Positions 9,736-20,034 of a stretch of DNA of 57,363 nt are shown in pieces. The position numbers and the translations under genes are program-made. The notes beneath the pieces are model-generated. The model was not told where the DNA came from. It ran no database searches and saw only the letters and a program-made list of their open reading frames with translations. Numbering within the stretch: the first letter of the stretch is position 1; every line of letters begins with the position of its first letter. Source of the stretch: a virus (Duplodnaviria > Heunggongvirae > Uroviricota > Caudoviricetes). The stretch covers positions 1-57,363 of the IMG/VR virus record IMGVR_UViG_3300043466_002831; one strand, given 5' to 3'.

Positions 9736-10434
9736 ATGAATTGGGTTCAAAGAAATTTTAGAAAGATAATCTATGTTGCTTTCTTGGTTCCAATCTTGGC
9801 AGTTGCTGGTGTGTCAATTTCACACGTAACAACTTGGTTTGGAATATCAAATCCATTCACTTGGGCGATTTACCTTTCAATCGGTGTTGAGATTGCTGCG
9901 TTGTCTGCAGTTGCGGCTATTTCAGCAAAGATGGGTAAAAAGGTTTATCTACCGTTTGGTATTGTAACATTACTTCAATTCATTGGAAATATCTTCTTCG
10001 CATATCAATATATTGATATTAACGGACAGTTGTTTAAGGATTGGGTTGAAATGGTTGACCCTGTTGTTAGTTATCTTGGTGTTGAATCAGGAGACCCTAT
10101 TGGACACAAAAGATTCTTGGCGTTATTTGCGGGAGGTATGTTACCAATAATTTCTCTGTCCTTTTTGCACATGTTAGTTAAGTTTGAGGAAGAGGGAAAA
10201 ACCGAAGCTCCTCAACCTGATATCGATATCGAAGCATTGAGTACCGAAGCAGGAAAGAAAGAAGCTGAAGTTGAAAAAGAAAAGTATGCTCCGACTCAAG
10301 AAGATTTACAAAGACTTGAGGACGAATTAAGACGAGTTAACGAACAAAAATTTGGTAACTTAACTGAGGAAACTTCTGACCCAATAAATGAAGACCAAGT
10401 AAGAAGGTTAAGTTATAGTAGACGAGATGCTTAA
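9736..10434 (+). CDS. multi-pass membrane protein (holin-like candidate)
   Basis: about four TM segments plus charged C-tail; upstream of amidase. Confidence 0.55.
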   Translation: MNWVQRNFRKIIYVAFLVPILAVAGVSISHVTTWFGISNPFTWAIYLSIGVEIAALSAVAAISAKMGKKVYLPFGIVTLLQFIGNIFFAYQYIDINGQLFKDWVEMVDPVVSYLGVESGDPIGHKRFLALFAGGMLPIISLSFLHMLVKFEEEGKTEAPQPDIDIEALSTEAGKKEAEVEKEKYAPTQEDLQRLEDELRRVNEQKFGNLTEETSDPINEDQVRRLSYSRRDA

Positions 10435-11035
10435 TATTGAAAAATACGGAAATTTCAAAACAACGGGTAAACAAAAAAAGAAAAGACAAATAATTTTATG
10501 TCATACATCAAGGGAGGTTGAGGAATACTTGACCTCCCTTAAAGTTAGATACAATTCCAAGTATGACAAAATTCCCAACTATATAATCACCAAAGATGGG
10601 AGAATCCTTCAACTACTTCCTGATGAAGGACATTCAAATTTTTTTATGGAATCCAACATAAACCGCAATTCAATAATTGTGTGTTTGGAAAATTTGGGTT
10701 GGTTAGAAAAGAAACCTTTAACTAACTATCATATTAACTGGAAAGGAAGTATTTATAATCAAGAAGTTTACGAAAAAAAATGGAGGGATTTCTTTTTTTG
10801 GGAACCATATTCTGATGAACAAGTTAAATCTACCGCAGAATTGTGTATCCACTTAATAGAAATACTTAACATTAAAAAAAGATGTGTAGGTCACAACACA
10901 AGATTTGAAGGTGTTGAACATTTTGAAGGAATTGTCTCAAAGAGTAATTTCGACGGAAAGTACACTGACTTAAACCCATCTTTTAATTTCGAAAACTTTA
11001 CTAAATTAATAGACAATGGCGAATACACACAATGA
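10427..11035 (+). CDS. N-acetylmuramoyl-L-alanine amidase (Amidase_2-like)
   Basis: IILCHT, PNYIITKDGRILQL, SIIVCLEN, EQVKSTAELC, VGHN motifs. Confidence 0.75.
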   Translation: MLNIEKYGNFKTTGKQKKKRQIILCHTSREVEEYLTSLKVRYNSKYDKIPNYIITKDGRILQLLPDEGHSNFFMESNINRNSIIVCLENLGWLEKKPLTNYHINWKGSIYNQEVYEKKWRDFFFWEPYSDEQVKSTAELCIHLIEILNIKKRCVGHNTRFEGVEHFEGIVSKSNFDGKYTDLNPSFNFENFTKLIDNGEYTQ

Positions 11036-11603
11036 CCGATACGACGAGATTAAGTCGTTATTAAAGAAATCAAGAATGTTGCTTGAGCAAGATACTCAAG
11101 ACAATGTTGCTGCGAGTATTGAACAGAGAATTGACCAAGACCAAGATTATGAAACTGCGGTTAGTAATAGACAACCTGGTGATGATATTGAAGATGGTGA
11201 ACAATCTCCAAAAGATAAAACACAGAAGTATAGAATATCAGGTGGAATCTTAGCATTACATGGTAAGGAAAAGAATGATTTGGATATCACTAGTGATGAG
11301 AAAATTGCTTTCCAAGAAAGTATGGATGAGTTCGTCTCCGAGGTTTCCGATTTGGTTGATTTTGACACATTAAATGTTTACCAAAACAATGTTGATTGGT
11401 CTGGTAAAATCATCGACCAAGATATTGAATTTACATTCACTATTGGTGAAGATAGTGGAATCTACATTAATGGTGAAATGGTTAAAGTTGACGAAGATTT
11501 TTTAGAAATGATTAATAAATTACAACAGTTCTATCAGAAGTTCAAATCCAAATGGGGTAAAGTACTTGCAAGTAGAAAGAAAACAAAAGAATCACCAGAA
11601 TAA
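11016..11603 (+). CDS. acidic hypothetical protein (virion candidate)
   Basis: 195-aa ORF; N-terminal LLKKSRMLLEQ. Confidence 0.7.
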   Translation: MANTHNDRYDEIKSLLKKSRMLLEQDTQDNVAASIEQRIDQDQDYETAVSNRQPGDDIEDGEQSPKDKTQKYRISGGILALHGKEKNDLDITSDEKIAFQESMDEFVSEVSDLVDFDTLNVYQNNVDWSGKIIDQDIEFTFTIGEDSGIYINGEMVKVDEDFLEMINKLQQFYQKFKSKWGKVLASRKKTKESPE

Positions 11604-11604
11604 T

Positions 11605-11964
11605 ATGGAAACGGTTAAAATTTTTATAATGAAAAATTACAAAACAATTCTTGCAGGTTTGCTCGCGTTGTTTTTATTATATTGGTTCATTTTTATTCTT
11701 ACACCAAAGAATACCATGTTAAAAGAGGACCGAAAAAGAATTGAAAAACTTGACAAGGTTATTACAGAACTTAATAAAGAACAAGATAAGTTAGAGAATC
11801 AAATAACTGAAGTTAACAAAGAGATTGACCAAATCGAAACAAAAGTAACCAAAATAAAAAAGGATAAAACTAAAGTATCAAAAGAATATCATGAAGAAAT
11901 TAAGCGTGTTGATAACTATACTGAGCCTGAGCTCGATAGCTTTTTCACAAACAGGTACCAATAA
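11605..11964 (+). CDS. N-terminal TM + coiled-coil protein (i-spanin-like)
   Basis: TM helix then heptads; overlaps next gene. Confidence 0.5.
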   Translation: METVKIFIMKNYKTILAGLLALFLLYWFIFILTPKNTMLKEDRKRIEKLDKVITELNKEQDKLENQITEVNKEIDQIETKVTKIKKDKTKVSKEYHEEIKRVDNYTEPELDSFFTNRYQ

Positions 11965-12304
11965 TGAACCCGTTAAATGTTTCCCAATACCAGTGGTGAA
12001 ACAGATAACAAAAGATTTGTTGAGTGGAGATTCTGCCAAAGCTCAATTAAAATTAACTGAGCAACAACTTGCGGAAACTGAAAAGATTGTCGAGAAGAAA
12101 GACAGTGTAATTTCAATTATGAAAGTTAAAGAGGAAAACTATAATTCAATTATTACCGCTCAAACTGAAAAATATTCTATTTTAGAGTCTCACACCAAAC
12201 AAGTTGAATCCGACTTTAAAAAATTGAAAGTTAAACATAAATTCACTTCAATATTGTCATACGGTGTTATGGCGACTTTGACGTTCTTTTTAATTACAAA
12301 ATAA
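11891..12304 (+). CDS. secreted coiled-coil protein with C-terminal TM (spanin-like candidate)
   Basis: signal peptide MKKLSVLITILSLSSIAFSQ; hydrophobic C-terminus. Confidence 0.5.
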   Translation: MKKLSVLITILSLSSIAFSQTGTNNEPVKCFPIPVVKQITKDLLSGDSAKAQLKLTEQQLAETEKIVEKKDSVISIMKVKEENYNSIITAQTEKYSILESHTKQVESDFKKLKVKHKFTSILSYGVMATLTFFLITK

Positions 12305-12549
12305 TGGCACTTACAGCTACAGATAAAAGAGAAATTGAGACTATGGTTCGTAAAGAGATTAGGTCTTTTATGGACAATAATACTCTTAAACAATTTGAGG
12401 ACAAATTGATGGATAGGATTTCAAAAGAGATTAAAAGGGGTAAACTTACTGGTGATGTGAAAGAACTCACTTTAAGAATGTTCCGTGAGTTTTATCAGTT
12501 CATGTGGATGAACCGTAGCTATTGGGAGCCAAGATTAAGAAACGCATAA
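12304..12549 (+). CDS. hypothetical protein
   Basis: 81-aa ORF with TAATG coupling. Confidence 0.7.
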   Translation: MALTATDKREIETMVRKEIRSFMDNNTLKQFEDKLMDRISKEIKRGKLTGDVKELTLRMFREFYQFMWMNRSYWEPRLRNA

Positions 12550-12550
12550 T

Positions 12551-13567
12551 ATGGGAAGTTCTGTTAACGTATTTAAAAACGCTATTGATAAGGCTTTTAC
12601 GGGCCAACCTAATGTAAAAATTAACGCTGCAACTATGGGAGATGCTTTAAAATATAAATCAGGTTTTACTGAAGAAAAAAATGAAGACGTGTCAAAAGAC
12701 AACCAAAAAGAAATGGTTGATGGTATTGTTGACATCGTCAAACAAGTCAAAGACATTAATAATAGAAAATTGATTGTTAAAGATATGATTAAGAAATTCA
12801 AAAAAGAAAACATTAAGACAGACCTCAATAAATTCATGAAAGATTGTGGAATCAAAGAATCGACAAAAAAAGAAACTAATGAAGTTATGGATGACGAATA
12901 TGAATATGAAACTTTCTTGGAAAAAACCAAAAGATTAAAAAAATCCGCAAAAGACCAATTCAATAAAGACCTTTTAGGTGACAAGGATTATATTGATTTT
13001 AAAAAGAATGCCGAGTTCAAAGATGAATCAGGTGTAACTCGTAGTCATGGTACTCCACATGCTATTAGTAGAGACCCATTCATTAAAAAGAAAAAATATA
13101 GTAGAGTAGGTAAAGAAGAAGCAACCGAAGCGACAGGTTCGGGTTCTTCAGGTGCATATTCAGGACCTGTATTTGGTGGTGACGATGCGTTTTGGGAGAG
13201 AAGTAGGTCTGAAACACCTAAGTTAAAAGAAAGTGATGTTGAAAAAGTTGAGGCTAAAGAAGCTACTACATCAGGTTCTGTTGGTGGTTATGAATCCCCT
13301 TCAATGTGGGCAAAATCTACTAAGAAGAAAGATTGGGGACCAAGTAGAAAAACTCAAATTCCTGGTGGTGGGTTTGTTAAAGTAAAAAAGAAATGTACGA
13401 AATTCCCATATTGTAATCAGGGTGATATCAATAACCTTAAGATTAGTAAAAACGAATCGGTTAAAGAAGCAATTGAAATGGTTGCTAAGAAAATGGGTAT
13501 AAGTCCTAAGGTTGTAATGACAATTTTGGAACATGAATACGAAAACGTAAATAAAAGAGTAAAATAA
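12551..13567 (+). CDS. charged hypothetical protein (internal virion candidate)
   Basis: duplicated EAT-x-SGS-x-G-x-Y motif; KKKCTKFPYC. Confidence 0.7.
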   Translation: MGSSVNVFKNAIDKAFTGQPNVKINAATMGDALKYKSGFTEEKNEDVSKDNQKEMVDGIVDIVKQVKDINNRKLIVKDMIKKFKKENIKTDLNKFMKDCGIKESTKKETNEVMDDEYEYETFLEKTKRLKKSAKDQFNKDLLGDKDYIDFKKNAEFKDESGVTRSHGTPHAISRDPFIKKKKYSRVGKEEATEATGSGSSGAYSGPVFGGDDAFWERSRSETPKLKESDVEKVEAKEATTSGSVGGYESPSMWAKSTKKKDWGPSRKTQIPGGGFVKVKKKCTKFPYCNQGDINNLKISKNESVKEAIEMVAKKMGISPKVVMTILEHEYENVNKRVK

Positions 13568-13590
13568 GATATTTATATTAAAAACGTAAA

Positions 13591-15474
13591 ATGAAAAACT
13601 TTCAAGAAAGCATCGATAATTTAGTATCCAAAATCCTTAATGAGGAAATTGATGCTAAAGTTAAACAAATAATGGAGAACAAAGGTGAGTGGGAAGAGGA
13701 ACTTCATGGTGGTCAATCTAAGATTGATGTTGCAAGTCCTAAAGGTAAAATCACCGCTGCCGATTTTAAAAAATTAAGAGACGCTAAGTCTCACAAGAAA
13801 GAAGTTGAGGAGTATTTTTTAGATGATGACGATTCTGAAGAAGAGGAGGCTGAAGAACTTTCACAAAATGAACCAACTTATGTTGGTAGAGGATTGAGAG
13901 ATAATAAAATTATGTCTAAGTTAAAAAACGCTTTACACTCATATAATGATGAGGACGAGGAAGAATTGGATATTGAAACTGATTGGGCTCAATTAGAGGA
14001 AGATATGGATTTTGAAGACGAAGAGGACATGGAAACTGAATACGATAGTGATGATAGTGATTGGGAAGAAATTGATTTAGACGATGAAACTGATTGGTCT
14101 CAATTAGAAGAAAATGATATGTTTGGTTCATTTGATGATGAACACGGTTGGTTTGACAAAACTGATAGAAAACATTCAGGTGAGTTTGATTTTGATTACG
14201 ATGAGGAAGAATTTGAAGATTTCCCATCATTAATGTCGAAACATGGTAAAAACCAAAGTTGGTTTGGACCAAATGACGGTGAAACTTTTTTTAATAAATA
14301 CAAAGAAAAGTTTGGTGGTAAACCATTCAGAGTTAGAACTGCTAAGAAATTAGAAGAAGATGAAGCTACTGAAGGTAATGCTTTTAGTGGCGCCTTGGCT
14401 CAAGCTAGAAAATCAGGTAAAGATAGTTTTGAGGTTGACGGTAAAGAGTATAAAGTTAATGAATCTGAAGATAAGTGGATTCAAAAAACAGATATGAAAA
14501 AAGGAGCACTACACAAAAAATTAGGTATTCCTGAAGGAGAAAAAATCCCTAAATCAAAATTAAATTCAATTAAAAAAGACTTGATGGCTAAAGCTAAAGG
14601 TGATAAAAAATTGTCTGCAGCTGACTCTAAATTGTTAAAACAAGTTAATATGGCATTAACCTTAGGTGGTTTAAAAGAAAGTAAAAACTCTTTAAAGTTA
14701 ACTGAGAATGAGTTAATTGATATGATTGAGATGATTGTTTTACAAGAGCAAGAAAAAGTTAAAGATTCTGCAGAAAAAAACACATTTACGGTTAATAAAC
14801 CTCAAGGTTTAAAGAAAACTGAAAAAGCTCAAGGTGAAAGTAAAAAAGAGAATGATGACTACACTCAAGAGGTAGTTAAGAAAATGAAAGATTACATGAA
14901 AGATATGTTTTCAGGAGGAAATGGTTATGAAGAAAATCCTGATGATTTCCCTCAAAGTAATTATGACATGGAAAAAGAACATAATGAAATGAAATATCAT
15001 CCATCAGATGCGGTTGAAGAATATATTGAAGCGTTTGCATATCCTGGTATGACAAATCTTGTTTATGATGAGATTAAACCTGAAGATAAAAACATTGAAA
15101 AACAAATCAAAGGTGATTCACAGAATGGTAATGCAGTAACAGGTAAAGATGGTAAAGCACTTGGTAATGTTTCAAAAAGAAGTGAAAAAGTTGGTGAGAG
15201 ATTTAAGAAAAACTTTGATGAGAATTTATATGGCGCGGAACAACAAAAGGCTTCATATAAAAGACAATCACAACCAGTAGATGTTGCGGGTAATGGTAAA
15301 TCAAGTGGGACTTTAAAATCTAAACAACAAGGTGCTGACAAATCAAGTTCGATTAATAAGGCAACTAAAATACTTAACACATTAGAGTCAACTGAAGATA
15401 AAGCAACAAAGGTTATCAAAGAAGACCTTCAAAAAATGATGGGTTTAATTTCTTACAATAGAAAAACTCAATAA
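13591..15474 (+). CDS. large acidic protein (internal virion/scaffold candidate)
   Basis: D/E-rich tract, internal 37-codon repeat ETDWxQLEE; TATTTAT upstream. Confidence 0.7.
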   Translation: MKNFQESIDNLVSKILNEEIDAKVKQIMENKGEWEEELHGGQSKIDVASPKGKITAADFKKLRDAKSHKKEVEEYFLDDDDSEEEEAEELSQNEPTYVGRGLRDNKIMSKLKNALHSYNDEDEEELDIETDWAQLEEDMDFEDEEDMETEYDSDDSDWEEIDLDDETDWSQLEENDMFGSFDDEHGWFDKTDRKHSGEFDFDYDEEEFEDFPSLMSKHGKNQSWFGPNDGETFFNKYKEKFGGKPFRVRTAKKLEEDEATEGNAFSGALAQARKSGKDSFEVDGKEYKVNESEDKWIQKTDMKKGALHKKLGIPEGEKIPKSKLNSIKKDLMAKAKGDKKLSAADSKLLKQVNMALTLGGLKESKNSLKLTENELIDMIEMIVLQEQEKVKDSAEKNTFTVNKPQGLKKTEKAQGESKKENDDYTQEVVKKMKDYMKDMFSGGNGYEENPDDFPQSNYDMEKEHNEMKYHPSDAVEEYIEAFAYPGMTNLVYDEIKPEDKNIEKQIKGDSQNGNAVTGKDGKALGNVSKRSEKVGERFKKNFDENLYGAEQQKASYKRQSQPVDVAGNGKSSGTLKSKQQGADKSSSINKATKILNTLESTEDKATKVIKEDLQKMMGLISYNRKTQ

Positions 15475-15524
15475 AAATTCACATTTATTAAACTTTTATT
15501 ATATTCTCCATAGACTCATACTCT

Positions 15525-15983
15525 ATGGAGAATTTTTTTAATTGGATGGCAAAGCCCTTACCTAAAGACGAAATCATAATTTGGTTTAATGTTCATAACA
15601 TGACTTATGAAAAAATTGAACTATATGGTGATGTCTTCAAATCATTAAATCAAATTATAGTTGATACATATCTTGGGGATGATATATCCGTAACTAAGAT
15701 AGTTTTATCAGATGAAGATAAAACATCTCATTTTGAATGGTGTTGGAAAAAAATGATAGATGATTTTAGACGTGAAAACATATTGATAAAATATGACGGG
15801 GAACACAAAGAATATTTTAAATCATTCTACATGGACACTTTCTACAATCAAAAAGAAGATAGTGTTAGACAATCAATCCCAAAATTCCTTAGAGAAATTT
15901 TTGATGTTGGTAACATGTATTCAAAATCTGATTTAGATTTACTAACTGAGTTATATAAATTAATTGAAAAAAATTCAGAATAA
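15525..15983 (+). CDS. hypothetical protein
   Basis: 152-aa ORF. Confidence 0.75.
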   Translation: MENFFNWMAKPLPKDEIIIWFNVHNMTYEKIELYGDVFKSLNQIIVDTYLGDDISVTKIVLSDEDKTSHFEWCWKKMIDDFRRENILIKYDGEHKEYFKSFYMDTFYNQKEDSVRQSIPKFLREIFDVGNMYSKSDLDLLTELYKLIEKNSE

Positions 15984-16059
15984 ATGTTGATTCTATTTAC
16001 ACCAGAGGGGAAAAACTTATAATTTGGATTATAAATAAACTATTAGAAACAAAAACAAA

Positions 16060-16242
16060 ATGGAAACATTAGAACAAATCAAGGTATTGACTGAGCTACT
16101 TTCAGTAGATACTACAAAATTTTTCGGAGGAAACAAAAGTGCAGGAACTAGAGCAAGAAAATCAGCACAAGAGTTGAAAGCATTACTTCAACAATTAAGA
16201 GGAGAAATTTTAGAGCACAATAAGTCAGACAAGAATGCATAA
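16060..16242 (+). CDS. histone H1-like (Hc1-family) nucleoid protein
   Basis: GNKSAGTRARK-x5-LK-x4-xLR motif. Confidence 0.75.
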   Translation: METLEQIKVLTELLSVDTTKFFGGNKSAGTRARKSAQELKALLQQLRGEILEHNKSDKNA

Positions 16243-16423
16243 TATTGACACAATATATCTTTTTATATTTGTTTTTACAATATTAGTGACATTGTTGAAT
16301 GTCTTAAAATTTTTAAGAGCCCTGTTACAAAAAGAACCAAAACCCTTGGTTCTTAGTAACAGGGAACTTATCCTCTTAGGAGTATCAATTAGTTATTTAG
16401 TAACATATCTATCACAAACATGA
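16235..16423 (+). CDS. small two-TM protein
   Basis: two hydrophobic helices; overlapping start and stop codons. Confidence 0.65.
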   Translation: MHNIDTIYLFIFVFTILVTLLNVLKFLRALLQKEPKPLVLSNRELILLGVSISYLVTYLSQT

Positions 16424-16881
16424 GTTTTTATAAAGAAATAGTACCATTCGTTGAATACATCCATTCAATTAGAAAATTGGAATCATATTTAAGTTTTGAT
16501 ATGAAATTCCCAACAAAGTGGTCAATACCTAAAAGTATTGTGGATGAAGGTCAAGTTATAGGATTTGAAGTTGAAGACCCTAATATGAAGGGTATTACAT
16601 TTATTAGCCCAATTGGAGAAAAAGAAGTTTCCACAATAATCGTTAAGATTGGTAAAATTATTAAATTAAATAAAGAACGAGAATTGAAGGAACGATTGTT
16701 TAAACAAACTGTTGAACAGTTAAAACAAACTTTTGAAAAAACTGATTTAGATAAATTACAAAATCTGTATTTTGATTTTGATGTGGAGGATGAATTAGAT
16801 ACTGATTTAGAATCCGAAATAGATATAGACGATGAGCAAGACGGACAGGAGTCAACAGCTACTGAATTGGTTCAACAGTGA
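16420..16881 (+). CDS. hypothetical protein
   Basis: 153-aa ORF. Confidence 0.75.
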   Translation: MSFYKEIVPFVEYIHSIRKLESYLSFDMKFPTKWSIPKSIVDEGQVIGFEVEDPNMKGITFISPIGEKEVSTIIVKIGKIIKLNKERELKERLFKQTVEQLKQTFEKTDLDKLQNLYFDFDVEDELDTDLESEIDIDDEQDGQESTATELVQQ

Positions 16882-17026
16882 AAAACTAAAGGACCAAAAA
16901 GAGCTTGATAAGGGCAAAGAAAAAATAATCAAAGAGATTAAAGGTCTTACTAAAGACGACCTTTTCCCTAAACCAAAAAAATTAAGTATATGGAAGAAAA
17001 TAAAGATAATACTCTTGGGACAATAG
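16832..17026 (+). CDS. hypothetical protein
   Basis: 64-aa Lys-rich ORF in operon. Confidence 0.6.
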   Translation: MSKTDRSQQLLNWFNSEKLKDQKELDKGKEKIIKEIKGLTKDDLFPKPKKLSIWKKIKIILLGQ

Positions 17027-17223
17027 AAAAGTTAGCATTGATTGCTGAATCAGTCCAAACGTTATTTAGTGGTAAGGGTACAATTATATTTGAATTACCT
17101 AAGGGTGAATATACTAGTGTGATTAATCACTTCAGAGAAGTGGATAGACACCACAAACAATTTTCAATGGATATATCAGGAACTGAGTTCCATTTTATCT
17201 TGGACGAGAAGGATAAGTCGTAA
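16990..17223 (+). CDS. hypothetical protein
   Basis: 77-aa ORF. Confidence 0.65.
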   Translation: MEENKDNTLGTIEKLALIAESVQTLFSGKGTIIFELPKGEYTSVINHFREVDRHHKQFSMDISGTEFHFILDEKDKS

Positions 17224-17842
17224 ACTTTCTATAAAGAACTTTCTTATCGAATCCATTAGATTCCAACAAACTATACAAATACTTCCTTTGAGGTGACGAG
17301 TAATCTTTAATAAAGAGACAGTCACCTCTTTTTGTTTTAAAGAAGTGAGATGATAAACAATCAATAAATCTTGAAGATTCTTTTTCATTCTTCAATGAAA
17401 ATAATTTAATGTCCTCGTCTTTTTGTATAACAATTTTATTATTTAAAACCGAAACCATTTTTAATCCATCACCTTTAAGATAAGACTTGATTAAGTCTTT
17501 TGTGGTTATCTTTATCTTTTTCTGTACATCGTATATCAATTCTTCTTCTTTGTATGGTTTCATTTGTAGTATAGACATCCCATCATCTTCCAATTTAACT
17601 TTAATGTTTCTACCAAACTCATCAGTAATATATACAGGAGCGGATTGGTTAGTCCTCATCTCAATTAAACCCAATTCAAGTTTACATTCTTTGGCGTTTT
17701 CGATGGTAGTTTCAAAGATTACCTCATCAGATTCACCAATTAATTTGTTAAAAAACGATTTGGCACGAGATAAAGTAACAAACTTCTTTATTATTCGTTT
17801 TCTTTTTTTATTTTTGAATAAGACTACCAAATAGTTCTCCAT
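17195..17842 (-). CDS. hypothetical protein
   Basis: 215-aa ORF with phage-like composition. Confidence 0.75.
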   Translation of the reverse strand: MENYLVVLFKNKKRKRIIKKFVTLSRAKSFFNKLIGESDEVIFETTIENAKECKLELGLIEMRTNQSAPVYITDEFGRNIKVKLEDDGMSILQMKPYKEEELIYDVQKKIKITTKDLIKSYLKGDGLKMVSVLNNKIVIQKDEDIKLFSLKNEKESSRFIDCLSSHFFKTKRGDCLFIKDYSSPQRKYLYSLLESNGFDKKVLYRKFTTYPSRPR

Positions 17843-17844
17843 AT

Positions 17845-18777
17845 ATGAATAATTATTACGAAACTTTGGGCGTAAGTAAAGACGCCACTCAAGATGAAAT
17901 CAAGAAGGCTTATAGAAAGCTAAGTAAACAATACCATCCCGATGTAAATCCTGAGGGTGGTGAAAAATTTAAAGAGATTTCAGTTGCGTATGATGTTGTT
18001 GGGGATGAAACTAAAAGAGCTCAGTATGATAATAAGTTAAACAATCCGTTTGCAGGTAATGGAGGTATGTCGTACGAGGATTTGTTTAATCAGATGTTTG
18101 GTAACCAAGGACAGAATCCATTTGGAGGTAGACAAAAAACCGCACCCGACAAAATAATTAAAGTTCGAATAAACCCAATCGAATCATATAACGGTATAGA
18201 CAAGAATATCCAATACGTTAAAGACAACCATTGTAATACTTGTAATGGTAGTGGGGGAGAACAACAAAACTGTAATACTTGTGGAGGTGCTGGATTCCAA
18301 ATAAAAACATTTGGGACTGGGTTCATGGTTCAACAGATTAGAACCGCATGTCAAACATGTGCAGGACGTGGATACACTTTAGTTCATAGATGTTATAGTT
18401 GTGACGGTAAAGGGGTTAAACCAACAACCCATGAAGTTAATGTTAAATTACCTGTTGGTGTTGATAATGGTCAATATTTAAAACTTGCTGGTCTTGGAGA
18501 CTTTAGAAACGGACAATATGGTGATTTGGTTATCCAAATAGAAATGGTGAACCAAGATGGGTTTGAAAAAATGAATAATGATTTGATTTATAATTTGTTC
18601 TTGAATTTACAAGAGATACAAGATGATAAGTTTATAATACCACATCCAAATGGAGAATTAACTATAAATGCACTACCTATTTTTGATTCATCTAAACCTT
18701 TAAGATTAAAGGGTAAGGGATTTAACGGTGGGGATATGTACGTTAAATTGAACGTTAAGTTTAATAAGGTTATTTAA
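17845..18777 (+). CDS. dnaJ: DnaJ co-chaperone
   Basis: J-domain YHPD, four CxxCxGxG repeats, C-terminal substrate-binding domain. Confidence 0.95.
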   Translation: MNNYYETLGVSKDATQDEIKKAYRKLSKQYHPDVNPEGGEKFKEISVAYDVVGDETKRAQYDNKLNNPFAGNGGMSYEDLFNQMFGNQGQNPFGGRQKTAPDKIIKVRINPIESYNGIDKNIQYVKDNHCNTCNGSGGEQQNCNTCGGAGFQIKTFGTGFMVQQIRTACQTCAGRGYTLVHRCYSCDGKGVKPTTHEVNVKLPVGVDNGQYLKLAGLGDFRNGQYGDLVIQIEMVNQDGFEKMNNDLIYNLFLNLQEIQDDKFIIPHPNGELTINALPIFDSSKPLRLKGKGFNGGDMYVKLNVKFNKVI

Positions 18778-18913
18778 AATAACTAATAATGTCGTTAATT
18801 AGAGTATAAGTACCGTATACGGTCATCCCTAATACGTAGAATCCTAATACTATCGCTCCAATCTGAAATTTACCAGGACCTTTTTGTTTACATGTTTTAC
18901 AACCTTCTGCCAT
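18770..18913 (-). CDS. small Cys/TM protein (47 aa, not in track)
   Basis: [12 protein letters not shown]...[21 protein letters not shown]...FK*. Confidence 0.6.
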   Translation of the reverse strand: MAEGCKTCKQKGPGKFQIGAIVLGFYVLGMTVYGTYTLINDIISYFK

Positions 18914-18923
18914 ATTTATAAGT

Positions 18924-19100
18924 ATGTTAATTGAACAAATTATTAAAAGAGTTCTTTATCAGTATCTTGACGAGAAAGAACAAGAGAAATATAAGAAACC
19001 TCGTAAGTATAGTAAATCATATTGTGAATCTACTTCATGTAAAGATATGGGATTCACTCAGAAAGCATCCTGTCGACCATACAAAAATTGTTACAAGTAA
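18924..19100 (+). CDS. small Cys-rich protein (58 aa, not in track)
   Basis: MLIEQIIKRVLYQYLDE...YSKSYCESTSCKDMGFTQKASCRPYKNCYK*; TATTTAT just upstream. Confidence 0.7.
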   Translation: MLIEQIIKRVLYQYLDEKEQEKYKKPRKYSKSYCESTSCKDMGFTQKASCRPYKNCYK

Positions 19101-19146
19101 ATTTGCCTTTTGATATTTTTTTCTTATTATTGTAAAAAGAAAAATT

Positions 19147-19986
19147 ATGCTATCATACATCGGAGGTAAAAGTAAAATTGGAAAGTGGATTGTCCCTTTC
19201 TATGATAAAGATATTGAGACTTATGTTGAAACATTCGGAGGGATGTTTTGGTGTTTCTTCAACATGGACTTGAAACAATTCCCAAATCTTAAGAAGGTCG
19301 TGTACAACGACTTTAACCCACTCAACTACAATCTATTCCAATGTGTTAAAAATCCTGAAAGATTGTTGAAATCAATTAACGCGATTCCGTGTCAACAATT
19401 TGGTGAGGAAATCACACCTGCAATATATAAAGAACAATTTATCAGGTTCCAAGCTGAAATATTTGGAGATGGTTTCAGCGTACAACCTTACGATTATGAT
19501 GTTGCTGCAAAGTATGCTTACGTTCTTACTCAGGTGTTTAGTGGAAGTAAACCTGAAACTAGTTCGTTTATTGATTTGAAAGGTAAATATAAATCAAAGT
19601 ACCTTACATTCAGAGATAAGTTATCTAAACCTGAGTGGGTTGAACATTTCAACAAAATAACTCACGTTGAGAATATGGACTTTGCAGATGTGATTGCTAA
19701 GTATGATTCACCAACTACATACATTTATCTAGACCCACCATATTGGAAAACTGAAAACTATTATAGTAATCATGATTTTGATAGAGATGACCATGAACGT
19801 TTGGCGAATGTGTTAGATGAAGTTAAAGGTAAGTTCAGTTTATCTTATTATGATTTTGATTTATTACATGAATGGTTTCCTGAGGATAGATACCGTTGGG
19901 AGATGAAAGAGTTTGCTAAAGCAGCGGCTGCGAAGAAAGGAACAAAACAAAATATGGGTGAAGAGTTGTTAATATTGAATTATTAA
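19147..19986 (+). CDS. Dam-like (D12 class) DNA adenine methyltransferase
   Basis: YIGGKS, YVETFGG, YNDFN, DPPY motifs. Confidence 0.92.
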   Translation: MLSYIGGKSKIGKWIVPFYDKDIETYVETFGGMFWCFFNMDLKQFPNLKKVVYNDFNPLNYNLFQCVKNPERLLKSINAIPCQQFGEEITPAIYKEQFIRFQAEIFGDGFSVQPYDYDVAAKYAYVLTQVFSGSKPETSSFIDLKGKYKSKYLTFRDKLSKPEWVEHFNKITHVENMDFADVIAKYDSPTTYIYLDPPYWKTENYYSNHDFDRDDHERLANVLDEVKGKFSLSYYDFDLLHEWFPEDRYRWEMKEFAKAAAAKKGTKQNMGEELLILNY

Positions 19987-20034
19987 GTTATTTTTGTACC
20001 GTCAATATATTTATAGTATAAACCAAAAAGAAAA

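Noticed and set aside
17487-17834. Plus-strand 115-aa ORF
   Set aside because: Antisense shadow of 17195-17842; Ser/Phe/Ile-rich composition typical of reverse frames
18931-19113. Track ORF MNKLLKEFF...
   Set aside because: The overlapping frame 18924-19100 gives a better Cys-rich protein with the leader motif and promoter
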